IMG/VR virus record: IMGVR_UViG_3300025891_000004
Span: 1 to 60,995 of that record
Origin: a virus
Lineage: Duplodnaviria; Caudoviricetes
Strand: one strand, 5' to 3'
Length of the DNA: 60,995 nucleotides
In this document: in pieces, positions 36,872-45,960 of the stretch
How positions within the stretch are numbered: position 1 is the first letter of the stretch
How the letters are laid out: every line of letters begins with the position of its first letter
The notes under the pieces: generated by a model
Seen by the model: only the letters and a program-made list of their open reading frames with translations
The model's database searches: none
Told to the model about the DNA's origin: nothing
Translations under genes and position numbers: made by a program

Positions 36872-37051
36872 AACTGAGCATCATTCTGAGTGTATTTGAA
36901 CGACACTACGTTGTCTCACTGGGCGGTGAGGTGCAGCACGAGGTACAGCGCGGTTATGTCGAAGAGCCGGATGACCCAGACCGTGTGGAGTTGCAATCGG
37001 CTTCTACCCGTGCTACGGTGGGTTTCCAACCTAACGACAGGGAGGACGACG

Positions 37052-37270
37052 ATGAGTGATGACTACGTGGTCAAGGCAACACCGACCACAGCGGGCGCTT
37101 GGGATTTGCAGTTATGGGAGGGCGACATCGAGTTGGGGTATTCCTTCGGCGTACCCGCGCAGGGATGGGCCGAAACAACGGACGAAGCAGTAGAGGTGGC
37201 TCAACACATGCTAAGTACCGTTCGGAAGGCGGCGGCAAACAGTAGCCGCCAGCCGTTTGAGGTGAGATAG
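37052..37270 (+). CDS. Hypothetical protein, tandem paralogue A
   Basis: MSDDYVV...FGVPA...ML..VR.A...FEVR. Confidence 0.6.
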   Translation: MSDDYVVKATPTTAGAWDLQLWEGDIELGYSFGVPAQGWAETTDEAVEVAQHMLSTVRKAAANSSRQPFEVR

Positions 37271-37519
37271 ATGTGGAGTGACAACTTTGTGGTCACCGTG
37301 AGCCCTCAAGCGTCAGGAGAGTGGTTGCTTACATTGTGCAAAGAATATGACAACGGTGAGATTTCTCTCGATACTGATGGCATTATGCGAATTTTCGGCG
37401 TACCTGCATGTCGGATAGTATCAACGGAGAAACGAGCGATTAAGTACGCCTATAAGATGTTGGCGGCGGTCAGAGAAGCCGATAAGAACCGGAAGCGCAA
37501 ATCGTTTGAGGTGAGATGA
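37271..37519 (+). CDS. Hypothetical protein, tandem paralogue B
   Basis: MWSDNFVV...FGVPA...ML..VR.A...FEVR. Confidence 0.6.
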   Translation: MWSDNFVVTVSPQASGEWLLTLCKEYDNGEISLDTDGIMRIFGVPACRIVSTEKRAIKYAYKMLAAVREADKNRKRKSFEVR

Positions 37520-37829
37520 TGACGGTTAATGGTGTAATTCCCTACGCAAAAGTTGAGTACAAGAATACTACGTTCACTATCACGCCTATCGCTCCTCCTA
37601 TTGCCTCGGACAATGAGGTACATGATTACTGGCTAAACTGGTTGGCCCAAACGAAGTATGGCATCGACTGGCGAAATGACATCGACCCGCCATGCACTCT
37701 TCGTGAACTTGCGCAGGCATGTTGGGAAAATGATTTTCCTTACAGTTGGGAACGTGAGTCTACGCTAGAAGAGACGTATGCGGGTATCGAGGAATGTATC
37801 GAAGAAGAAACAGGCCCCTGGGGAGGGAG

Positions 37830-38477
37830 ATGACGATGAGCGATGAAATCGAATTGATTAGGCTTCGTCAACGCTATGGGCAGACCAAGGAGGCGCTAGC
37901 GGAAGAGAAAGCCGAGAATGAACGATTACGCGGATCGGCTGACGCATGGTGGACCGAGTACGACCGCGAGTTGAAGGCGCACGAGGCGACGAAGGCAGGG
38001 CGGGAGTTGGAGCAGAACGCGCTACGGAACGCGCTGCCCATCGTGGCTCGGGAGTCCGCGCTCCGGGAGGCGGTGGAGGGGCTGATCCGCGACCTAGACG
38101 CGGGCCGGGCTGACGGAACGATCTACACCTACGGCCAGGTCCAGGCCGCTATCCGTGCCGCCCTGGCCGCTGCACCCGCCGAGACGGAGCCTGAGGTGTG
38201 CGAGACCCACGGTGACGTGAGTCGCAATGGCGAGGTGTTGTGCTGCGGGTGCGGCACCTGTCCTGCGAGCGATCACATCCACGGTCGGCAAAGCACTGCT
38301 TTGCCGACCGTGGCGCGTGCGAGTACCCGGAGGACCACCCCAGCGAGACGGGCTGGACGGACGTGCAGGTTGGGGGCCGGACGGTACGGGTGCCAAGCGG
38401 GCCGATGGTCCCCCACCCCCTGCCAGATGCCCCCAGCGAGACGGAGACGGGCCGCTGTCCACAATGACCACAATTAG
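37830..38477 (+). CDS. Coiled-coil hypothetical protein, possibly frameshifted near 38280
   Basis: GC-rich ORF; the C-terminus looks out of frame, and an alternative frame ends in an ATGA overlap with the polymerase. Confidence 0.45.
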   Translation: MTMSDEIELIRLRQRYGQTKEALAEEKAENERLRGSADAWWTEYDRELKAHEATKAGRELEQNALRNALPIVARESALREAVEGLIRDLDAGRADGTIYTYGQVQAAIRAALAAAPAETEPEVCETHGDVSRNGEVLCCGCGTCPASDHIHGRQSTALPTVARASTRRTTPARRAGRTCRLGAGRYGCQAGRWSPTPCQMPPARRRRAAVHNDHN

Positions 38478-40536
38478 GTTCAACTCTGTTACACCTCTTT
38501 CCTACTTGGCTAAGGAAACCCTGCGCCAAGCGGTAAAGCAGGTGTACGGGGACGCGCCCGTGACCTTTGTCCAATCTGCTCCTGGTCCTGACGTTCTATG
38601 CTTCGGTAGCAGTGGCGGTATTCGTACCATCAGCCCGGAGCAGATTCTCACCTACCCCAACGCCGTTGGGTTTTTGGTGTCTGCGCTGCGCCGCTTGGAG
38701 TATGGTGACGCGGCCAGTCAAGTGCCGTGGGACTGCAACCCAGACGAAGTGCTCTACCTTGACATCGAGGCACATGGTATTGAGCACCGTTGGAACATGG
38801 CCCCACGAGACTACTTCCGCCTTGGACAGTATGCTTGGGGTCCGACAGGTGATGTAAACATCACCACTGATTATGACGAGATCATCTCTGCCATCCGATC
38901 TGCTTACGGCGTTGTTGCACACAACCAACATGCTTACGACCTATCTGTGCTATTTGGCAAGGACTCGACGGAGCCGCTTGAGATGGCGATGAACAACCGC
39001 GTCTTTGACACGATGGTGTTCGCAGCACTCGCGTGCCCTGCACCGATGACCTACGTGGATCGCAAAGGCCGTGTGCGCAACAACGCGGTCAAGCCGGAGA
39101 TGGCGCTACAATGGCTCGGGCTGGATAACCTCTGCTACCAGTTGGGTTTGGATGGCAAGGAGGGTGACCTCAAGGCGTTGGCCGAAGAGTTTGGTGGGTA
39201 TGGATCAATTCCTACGGATGACCCACGGTACATGGCATATTCTATCCAAGATGTCAAGTCGTTGCAGGAACTCACAACGGCGCTGCTAGCCATGCACAAG
39301 CCGACTGAGTACGACTGGCGCGAGCAGTTGAATTCGGCTATCGACGCTCAGAACGCACGTAACGGTTTCAAAGTGGACATCCCTGTCGCACAGGCCCGTG
39401 TGCAGGAGTTGGCAGAGCGCAAGGAAGCCCTTCTAACGGAACTTCAGGCGAACTACGGGTTCCCAACCACGGGCAAGATGCCGTGGCGCACAACGGCTGG
39501 TAAGACTGCGGTGATGAGGATTCTGGCTGAGCAGGGCATTACCCCTGCGACGCAGCCGAACTGGACGAAGACCAAGACGGGCAACATCTCTCTCGGTGGC
39601 GAAACCCTTGTGTCTCTAACCGAGGGCACAGATGCCGAAGAGGTTGGTGTATCCCTAGCCGAGTTGATGGGACAGCGGTCTCTTGCACAACTGGCCCTCG
39701 ACTGCACACAGGACGATGGTTTCGTGCATCCCGAGATCACTGCGCTACAGCGCAGCGGGCGAAAGAGCACGACCCGGCCAGGACTCACCGTGTGGACATC
39801 TCGGGGTAAGGGTGCAGTAGAGAAATCGTATTTCATTCCCGACAATGACGACGAGGTATTAGTCGCATTCGACTTCAGTCAGGCCGACGCTCGTATTGTC
39901 GCCGCGCTCTCAGGTGACCGTGCATTTGCCAAGCGGTTTGAGGAAGGTGTTGATGCACATGAAATCACGGGTCGGATGGTGTTCGGAGATGAATTATACG
40001 ACGCAAGTCCAGTCGAGTGCCGGTACACGGCGAAGAACCTGGGTCATGCCTACGCCTACCGGGCGGGGGCGAAGAAGTTGTCTGCTATGTCTGGTGAGTC
40101 TCTTGAGGTCGCAGAGCGATTTGTGAACGCGATGCAGAGGGCATATCCACTCGTTACTGACTGGCAAGATCAAGTAACTTACGACGGTGAACGTGGACAC
40201 ATCGTTAACGATTGGGGACGCAGAATGGTAGTGGAAGAAGATCGTTCCTACACACAGTCGCCAGCGTTGCTCGGTCAGTCTGGCACACGAGAGTTGATGG
40301 TAGACGCTTTGATCCGGATGCTACGCTACGATGTACGGCTCATCCGGTGGCTGAAGGCCCAGGTCCATGATGAGTTGATCTTCTCGCTTCCGAAGATCGA
40401 GTTAGGTTGGGCGGTTCCGAAGATCACAGAACTCATGGAATGTAACTGGGGTCCGTCTGACGGCTCTGGACAAAAGATGTGGTTTCCAGTATCATCAGGA
40501 CAGGGTACCAATTGGTTCGAGGCGAATCACGGCTAA
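38464..40536 (+). CDS. DNA polymerase, family A (3'-5' exonuclease + polymerase)
   Basis: Exonuclease LDIE, AHNQHAYDL and YSIQDV; motif A FDFSQADARI, motif B R..AKNLGHAYAY, motif C QVHDEL; start at MTTIRF inferred from the ATGA overlap. Confidence 0.93.
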   Translation: MTTIRFNSVTPLSYLAKETLRQAVKQVYGDAPVTFVQSAPGPDVLCFGSSGGIRTISPEQILTYPNAVGFLVSALRRLEYGDAASQVPWDCNPDEVLYLDIEAHGIEHRWNMAPRDYFRLGQYAWGPTGDVNITTDYDEIISAIRSAYGVVAHNQHAYDLSVLFGKDSTEPLEMAMNNRVFDTMVFAALACPAPMTYVDRKGRVRNNAVKPEMALQWLGLDNLCYQLGLDGKEGDLKALAEEFGGYGSIPTDDPRYMAYSIQDVKSLQELTTALLAMHKPTEYDWREQLNSAIDAQNARNGFKVDIPVAQARVQELAERKEALLTELQANYGFPTTGKMPWRTTAGKTAVMRILAEQGITPATQPNWTKTKTGNISLGGETLVSLTEGTDAEEVGVSLAELMGQRSLAQLALDCTQDDGFVHPEITALQRSGRKSTTRPGLTVWTSRGKGAVEKSYFIPDNDDEVLVAFDFSQADARIVAALSGDRAFAKRFEEGVDAHEITGRMVFGDELYDASPVECRYTAKNLGHAYAYRAGAKKLSAMSGESLEVAERFVNAMQRAYPLVTDWQDQVTYDGERGHIVNDWGRRMVVEEDRSYTQSPALLGQSGTRELMVDALIRMLRYDVRLIRWLKAQVHDELIFSLPKIELGWAVPKITELMECNWGPSDGSGQKMWFPVSSGQGTNWFEANHG

Positions 40537-40791
40537 GTCGGGATGGTGCTTGTGCCGTCAACACAAGGAGTGCCCCATTACGGTTTGCACGTGCTACTGT
40601 CATAAGAAGGAGGAAAACAGTGAATAATCAAGAATTGCTTCAGATTATCGCATACGGAAATGACGGTGAAAATATTCCCCGTGAGTTGCTGAACGATATC
40701 CACGACCCAATGAGCACTCTATTCAAGATGATTCGTGTTCTTGCTCAGGAACTGCTTCTACTAGAGTCGGTATACGAGGCGGATCATAGCG

Positions 40792-41337
40792 ATGACTGAA
40801 GATTGGAAACGTGGGGATTGGATGCACACCTTCACGGGTAAGAAGTTCTATCCGATGAACCCTCGTGCTGAGGACATCTGCATCGAAGACATCGCACACT
40901 CCTTGGGGCTTCAGTGCCGCTACAACGGCCACGTAAAGGAGTTCTACTCGGTGGCCGAACACTGCGTTCTGATGAGCCGCGCTGTATCTTACGATAACGC
41001 CTTGTGGGCTCTCCTGCACGATGCCACGGAAGCCTACGTGGGTGACATGATCCGACCGCTCAAGAAGTTCATGCCCAAGTATGTCACCGCAGAAGACCGC
41101 GTTATGGCCGCAATATGCGAGCGGTTTGGGCTGACACGACTGACGATGCCAAAAGAGGTCAATGATGCGGATAACCGAATCCTGCTGACTGAGCGAAATG
41201 CGCTCATGGTGAAGACCGATCACAAGTGGGCTGTAGATGACCTAGAGCCCCTTCCGGTCGTCATTCAAGGCTGGACCTCATTCGTTGCAGAACTCATGTA
41301 CCTTGAGCGATTTAAGGAACTCACCGATGGCCGATGA
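40792..41337 (+). CDS. HD-domain phosphohydrolase (YfdR/YfbR-like deoxynucleotidase)
   Basis: IEDIAHSL..CRYNGH..FYSVAEH, ALLHDATEAYVGDM..PLK, AD..L..ER. Confidence 0.88.
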   Translation: MTEDWKRGDWMHTFTGKKFYPMNPRAEDICIEDIAHSLGLQCRYNGHVKEFYSVAEHCVLMSRAVSYDNALWALLHDATEAYVGDMIRPLKKFMPKYVTAEDRVMAAICERFGLTRLTMPKEVNDADNRILLTERNALMVKTDHKWAVDDLEPLPVVIQGWTSFVAELMYLERFKELTDGR

Positions 41338-41758
41338 GAACGAGACACGGGTAACATCGCATACCGGGGGCCAAAAAGGAGCCAAAGAAGCCAGGTTTGA
41401 TTTGATCCCGGCTGAGGCTGTCTGGTGGCTGGCTATACTGTACGGTCGTGGAGCCAAGAAGTACACACAATATGGCGACTGCGACTGTAATGCACTTGCG
41501 GAAAACTCGTCTGAACACGCTCCTGAGTGTTCCGCTTTAATCGTAGTTAGTCGAGGGGATCACAATTGGCGAAAAGGCTACGACTGGTCGCTGTCCTTTG
41601 CTGCGGCTATGCGGCACCTGTGGGCGTTCTGGCGCGGGGAGGATATGGACCCCGAGACGGGAGTGCCTCACCCAATCTGTGCAGCATTCCACATGTTCGG
41701 TTTGACAACGTTCATGGAGATACATCCCGAGTTCGATGATCGACCAGGAAAGCCGTAA
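41327..41758 (+). CDS. dATP/dGTP diphosphohydrolase domain protein (DUF5664-like) with Cys/His insert
   Basis: GGQKG.K.ARFDLIP...YGRGAKKY [insert] NWRKG..WS..FAA.MRHL..FW.GED.DPETG.PH. Confidence 0.8.
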   Translation: MADENETRVTSHTGGQKGAKEARFDLIPAEAVWWLAILYGRGAKKYTQYGDCDCNALAENSSEHAPECSALIVVSRGDHNWRKGYDWSLSFAAAMRHLWAFWRGEDMDPETGVPHPICAAFHMFGLTTFMEIHPEFDDRPGKP

Positions 41759-41761
41759 CCC

Positions 41762-42187
41762 ATGCTGATTCTCGGGATTGATCCCGGTATGCGCACAGGG
41801 GTTGCACTCGTAGACGCACCAACAGATAAGCCCCCCACACTCATCTTCTCAGAGGAAGTGTACGGGGGTCTATCTAGTTTCAGCATATGGTGGCGAGATA
41901 GGCCAGATTACGATGTGTTAGTCTGTGAAGACTTTCTGCTCCGTCAAGGACTGCACGGCGTCAACCTCGAACCCGTACGCATCATCGCTTTCTTGGAGCC
42001 CTACGCGCCCGTGATGCAGCCACCAGCCGGACGCAAGAAGGCTGTCAGCGACAATGCTCTCAAACGTCTTGGGCTGTACCTGCCAGGAGAGAAGCAGAGG
42101 AACGCGCGTGAAGCCGTGCGCCATGTAGTGTGGTTCCTTAAACGAACTCATCATATTCCTACGCTACGTATTGGTTGGCCTGATTAG
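41762..42187 (+). CDS. RuvC-like Holliday junction resolvase
   Basis: ILGIDPG.TG, VCEDF and NAREA..H RNase H-fold motifs. Confidence 0.75.
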   Translation: MLILGIDPGMRTGVALVDAPTDKPPTLIFSEEVYGGLSSFSIWWRDRPDYDVLVCEDFLLRQGLHGVNLEPVRIIAFLEPYAPVMQPPAGRKKAVSDNALKRLGLYLPGEKQRNAREAVRHVVWFLKRTHHIPTLRIGWPD

Positions 42188-42192
42188 ACTCG

Positions 42193-42744
42193 TCACGCCG
42201 GGCCCATGTCAACCGCGTACAGTTCGCGGGCCACGGCGTCCGAGGCCAGAATAAGGGTCCCGGTCCCTGCAAGACGGATAGCGAAGATGCCGAGGGTGAC
42301 GGTCCCCGCACCGGGCACGAATGTTCCGGACAGCGGGATGCCCATCTGCCCTACACCACCAGTGGCAAAGACCGGATAGCGGAGGCTGGCGACGGCGGTG
42401 GATGCGGCGGTTGGGGTCGATGCACCGCCGTTGCGGACCTTGATGACAAACAGGTCATTGGCCACGGACCCACTACCGAGCATCCCATTCACGACGGCCT
42501 GATACCGCCGCCCGGCGACAGCGGTGAACGTGTAGTTGCCCAAGACGGCATCGCGCGTCTCAATGGTGCCTGAGGTGGCCGTCCCAGGGGCGGCTGCCGT
42601 CGTCGGGGTGCCCATGATGGAGCCTCCGCGTGCAGCAATAGCGTCGGATACACTTTGCTGACCCGTATTGAGAAGGGTGTGAAGCGGGGATACTGCATCT
42701 GTGTCCTCGTAAAAGAGGATGCCATTGCTGTCGGTGGTTGCCAT
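42193..42744 (-). CDS. Minor tail / fibre-tip protein
   Basis: Last gene of the tail module; Gly/Ala/Thr-rich beta C-terminus on a GC-rich segment; leaderless TAAGAT-N6-ATG. Confidence 0.6.
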   Translation of the reverse strand: MATTDSNGILFYEDTDAVSPLHTLLNTGQQSVSDAIAARGGSIMGTPTTAAAPGTATSGTIETRDAVLGNYTFTAVAGRRYQAVVNGMLGSGSVANDLFVIKVRNGGASTPTAASTAVASLRYPVFATGGVGQMGIPLSGTFVPGAGTVTLGIFAIRLAGTGTLILASDAVARELYAVDMGPA

Positions 42745-42773
42745 GTCCCTATCTTATCCTATCCTATGGTGTG

Positions 42774-43382
42774 TTAGCGCAGGAACAGCACGAAAAGCGT
42801 CGTGGTCGCCCAGTTCGACGACGAGTCCGGGTACGAGTAGGCGAGCGTCGAGGCGCTGATGGTTCCGCCGCTCAGTCCGGTGAGCGTCACGGCGTGAGAG
42901 TTGCTTGCGAAGCCGTAGTTTCCCGTTACGTCGCCGCTGGCGTTGCCCTGAATGCTGGTCGCGCAGGTCACGGCTGTGGCCCCCGCTGCCTGGAGCGCCG
43001 ATACCGCCATCACCTGCGCGCGTGTGAATCCAGCAGGAACAGGGACGGATACTGTTGCGATGGCTAGTTGGGTGGACGACAAGGCGGACCCGGACGCGGA
43101 GGCTGTCTTGGTGTTGCCCGTCACCTGCGCACCCACCAGCGCCGCAATATCCGCGACCTGCGCCGCTAGCGTCGCCTGTTGAGTAGTGAGAGTCACCTGC
43201 TGTGCTGCAAGGGTCGCTAGTTGATCTGATACTTGCTTCATGGTTGAGTTGATGGATTTGAACGCATTGGTATTGTCCTGAAGGGACTTTCCTGCATCAA
43301 ATTGCGTTTTCTGCAATTCTCCCTCAACCGACCGAGCCCATTGCTGTGACTCAGGTGGCAGATTATTCTTTGGACGTACCAT
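42774..43382 (-). CDS. Minor tail protein with coiled-coil
   Basis: NLPPESQQWARSVE N-terminus; QQxTL heptad repeats. Confidence 0.65.
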   Translation of the reverse strand: MVRPKNNLPPESQQWARSVEGELQKTQFDAGKSLQDNTNAFKSINSTMKQVSDQLATLAAQQVTLTTQQATLAAQVADIAALVGAQVTGNTKTASASGSALSSTQLAIATVSVPVPAGFTRAQVMAVSALQAAGATAVTCATSIQGNASGDVTGNYGFASNSHAVTLTGLSGGTISASTLAYSYPDSSSNWATTTLFVLFLR

Positions 43383-45142
43383 TAGTTCCTCCGTAGGGGC
43401 ACGATTGAGAAGTCTCTACAAGTGTACCCTACGAACTGAGCATTGAAGTCAGCCACCGTCTCACCTGTCCATATCAAGTTGAAGTCGTCCATCAGAGTGT
43501 CAAGTGAAGCATTGAACTGCACAGACGCTTCAGTGGTGGTAGCCGAAGTTACTCGGAAGTTCGCATCGGGACGTAGGATGCGCGCGCCAGTAGCATTTCC
43601 GAACAACTGGTTCTCAAACAGCACGTCTACCTGCTCTTGGAAATATGTGTTGAGAGCCGCGATGTCCTGTCCCAACCATTCTGCGTTGAATGTGGCAATT
43701 GTGGTACCCGAGACATAAGCCAAGTTGAAGTCCGCGATGGTAGCAGCAATGAGTTCTCGACCCGATCCTGCTCGGTTGATGTCAAGTGCTGTTCCACTGA
43801 TCGTGTAGTTTAGACCCGCATTCGCCTGTGCCGCCTTCATGCCCAGTGAGTACGCATCCGACAATGTGCTGATAAAGGGGTTGTCAATAGTCGCTCCCAC
43901 TTCATCACTAGTTGTCACGTTGGACGCGCCCGTCGGAATACGAATAGTCTTCTTATCCCATACAACTGCTGTTGCCGTGATATGAAGTGAGTTGTAGTAG
44001 TTTCCGCTACCCGAAGACATGGCGATACGGTAGGGAGCATACTCCGACATAGACGCGCCAACGATAGTGATCTCTAGAACGCTCGGATCATCTGTAGCCG
44101 CTACTGTCAACTTTCCACCCTGAGCAGTCCACTGTGCCGCTGTAACGGGCAGACCGTCATTTCCAACAACGGAATATACCCCGGCAGTTCCCGCATACGA
44201 TTTGTCGTCCACCCAGTTTTGCACAGTGGGTTGGTTAAGCGAGATGATACTGGCATTCAGTTGCTGTGTGACAACAACTGTTTCTCCTGCGTCAACCTGA
44301 TAGATCGTCGGTTCTGCGTCTGCGATTGGGTACACTTCACGCTGTACGCCGTAGGAGTGATTGTAGTAGTTGATGTCGATGGCACGAGCCGCATTGGTGT
44401 TCTCATTGCTCCATGAGAGTGTTGTGCTGCGTTGAAGCGTTGCCGTCAGTTGGCGAAGAGGCCGAACGTAGATACGGTTGAACACTAACGCTATTTCTAC
44501 TTGTTCCTTGACAAGCAGTTCCTTGAGTTTCACCCAGACGTTACCAGTCCACCCAGGATAGATTACGCTTCGAGAAGCAACAGACAGGTCTACCACGACA
44601 TCGTTGGTGATCCCCACAAGGTCCGCGTAATACTGGATCGCATCCCCCAATGTTCCCACGTACGGTAAGACGATACGATCAGTGTTGAACAGACCAATAA
44701 CGCTATCCGCAGTGACTGAAAGGTCTCCATCTGTTGCCGAGACGATCACTACTGACCCTGATGTCTTGCCTTTGTTCCCATCGACTAGAGTTACTTCACC
44801 AAGGAGTAACGGTGAGTCATTAGTCTCTTCTACGTTGAAAGTGATCCGTCCAACGCCCCCAAATGAACTGGACGGCTCAACAGGTGTAGCATCCTCTTGC
44901 ACGGAGAAGTTCTTGACGTTGGACAACGAACGACGCTTCGTATCAATATAAGCAGACGGAATTGTGTAGACACCGGAACCGGCGAACGTCTCTACCAGAT
45001 AAGAGGGAATATCGTACAGTCCAGACCCAGGTGGGTCTTCGACAAGGCCAGACGGAAAAGTGAAGAACCCCGTTGGACCCTCTACGTATCCAAAGTAGGT
45101 CCGACTTGGAAATGATATGCGAACAGACATCAGTTCTCCCAA
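43382..45142 (-). CDS. Minor tail (baseplate hub / tail-tip) protein
   Basis: 586 aa beta-rich ORF, second gene after the tape measure. Confidence 0.7.
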   Translation of the reverse strand: MGELMSVRISFPSRTYFGYVEGPTGFFTFPSGLVEDPPGSGLYDIPSYLVETFAGSGVYTIPSAYIDTKRRSLSNVKNFSVQEDATPVEPSSSFGGVGRITFNVEETNDSPLLLGEVTLVDGNKGKTSGSVVIVSATDGDLSVTADSVIGLFNTDRIVLPYVGTLGDAIQYYADLVGITNDVVVDLSVASRSVIYPGWTGNVWVKLKELLVKEQVEIALVFNRIYVRPLRQLTATLQRSTTLSWSNENTNAARAIDINYYNHSYGVQREVYPIADAEPTIYQVDAGETVVVTQQLNASIISLNQPTVQNWVDDKSYAGTAGVYSVVGNDGLPVTAAQWTAQGGKLTVAATDDPSVLEITIVGASMSEYAPYRIAMSSGSGNYYNSLHITATAVVWDKKTIRIPTGASNVTTSDEVGATIDNPFISTLSDAYSLGMKAAQANAGLNYTISGTALDINRAGSGRELIAATIADFNLAYVSGTTIATFNAEWLGQDIAALNTYFQEQVDVLFENQLFGNATGARILRPDANFRVTSATTTEASVQFNASLDTLMDDFNLIWTGETVADFNAQFVGYTCRDFSIVPLRRN

Positions 45143-45960
45143 GCCCCTGTCTCTACCAGAATGGCTGTCGCTCCAACCTTATCGAGAGCAGACGAGTAGC
45201 CTTGAATCTGAGGGGAAGAGACAAAACGACAGCCACTGTGGCCTCGGCCACTGATGAACGTGCCCACGGGCGCTGCTGTGCCAGTGGGAAGTACCTGCAC
45301 AACCAGACCGGCTAGCGTGAGTTGTCCCTCCCCCACGGCGGACAGCGTGACCCCCGTAGTTCCCGTGACCGTGACGTTTGTCAGTTGTGTCGTGGTGGTG
45401 CTGAGCAAGGTTACGTCTGTGGCTGTGTCACCATCGGGGGTATACATCACTGCGGCGGTGCTCGTAGCACTTCCGTGGACGCCCAAGTGCAACGTGTAGC
45501 CTACGGGTATCGGAATCCACAACTCAGCGAACTCGTCATCCGCCACGAACGTGTAAACAGCACTCTTGGTGGGGTAGTTATTCGCGTTGGCCGCAGTATC
45601 CACAAGTGTCGGGGTCTTGTCGATCACCAAGGAGGGAGCGTCTTCTGCCTGTAGCCGGGGTGCAGCCCAGAACGAGGGCAGCACGTTGGTCTCACTGGCA
45701 AACGGGTCCAAGAAGTAGATCAGTCCGTCTCCATACAAGCCGTCTGCGTAGTCCAGAACACCGTAGATGTCTTCCTGGGACGAGAGGTTCCACGCGAACT
45801 GGTATCGCTTGTGTGACGTTGTTGACTTACGTGCGTAGGCTCCGCCGTTGAGGAAAAGGCCCTCTACGTTCCATCCTACCTTGGATATGTCCGTATCGAA
45901 GGCAGGGGCCTTTACCCACGCCATGCGTTCTTTATTGCCGAAGTACATCCCACTAGCCAT
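45130..45960 (-). CDS. Minor tail protein (distal-tail-like)
   Basis: Directly follows the tape measure; TAATG coupling. Confidence 0.7.
   Translation of the reverse strand: MASGMYFGNKERMAWVKAPAFDTDISKVGWNVEGLFLNGGAYARKSTTSHKRYQFAWNLSSQEDIYGVLDYADGLYGDGLIYFLDPFASETNVLPSFWAAPRLQAEDAPSLVIDKTPTLVDTAANANNYPTKSAVYTFVADDEFAELWIPIPVGYTLHLGVHGSATSTAAVMYTPDGDTATDVTLLSTTTTQLTNVTVTGTTGVTLSAVGEGQLTLAGLVVQVLPTGTAAPVGTFISGRGHSGCRFVSSPQIQGYSSALDKVGATAILVETGAWEN

Noticed and set aside
38227-38463. N-terminal extension of DNA polymerase as given by the ORF track
   Set aside because: Low-complexity translation of a GC-rich upstream gene; ATG 38464 fits the coupling pattern better
40540-40602. Small two-hairpin element after the polymerase stop with CCGT/ACGG loop match
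   Set aside because: Only 4 bp of complementarity and short stems; compatible with chance or a weak terminator
40792-41758. Complete 2-aminoadenine (Z-genome) pathway
   Set aside because: No adenylosuccinate-synthetase-like PurZ in the window
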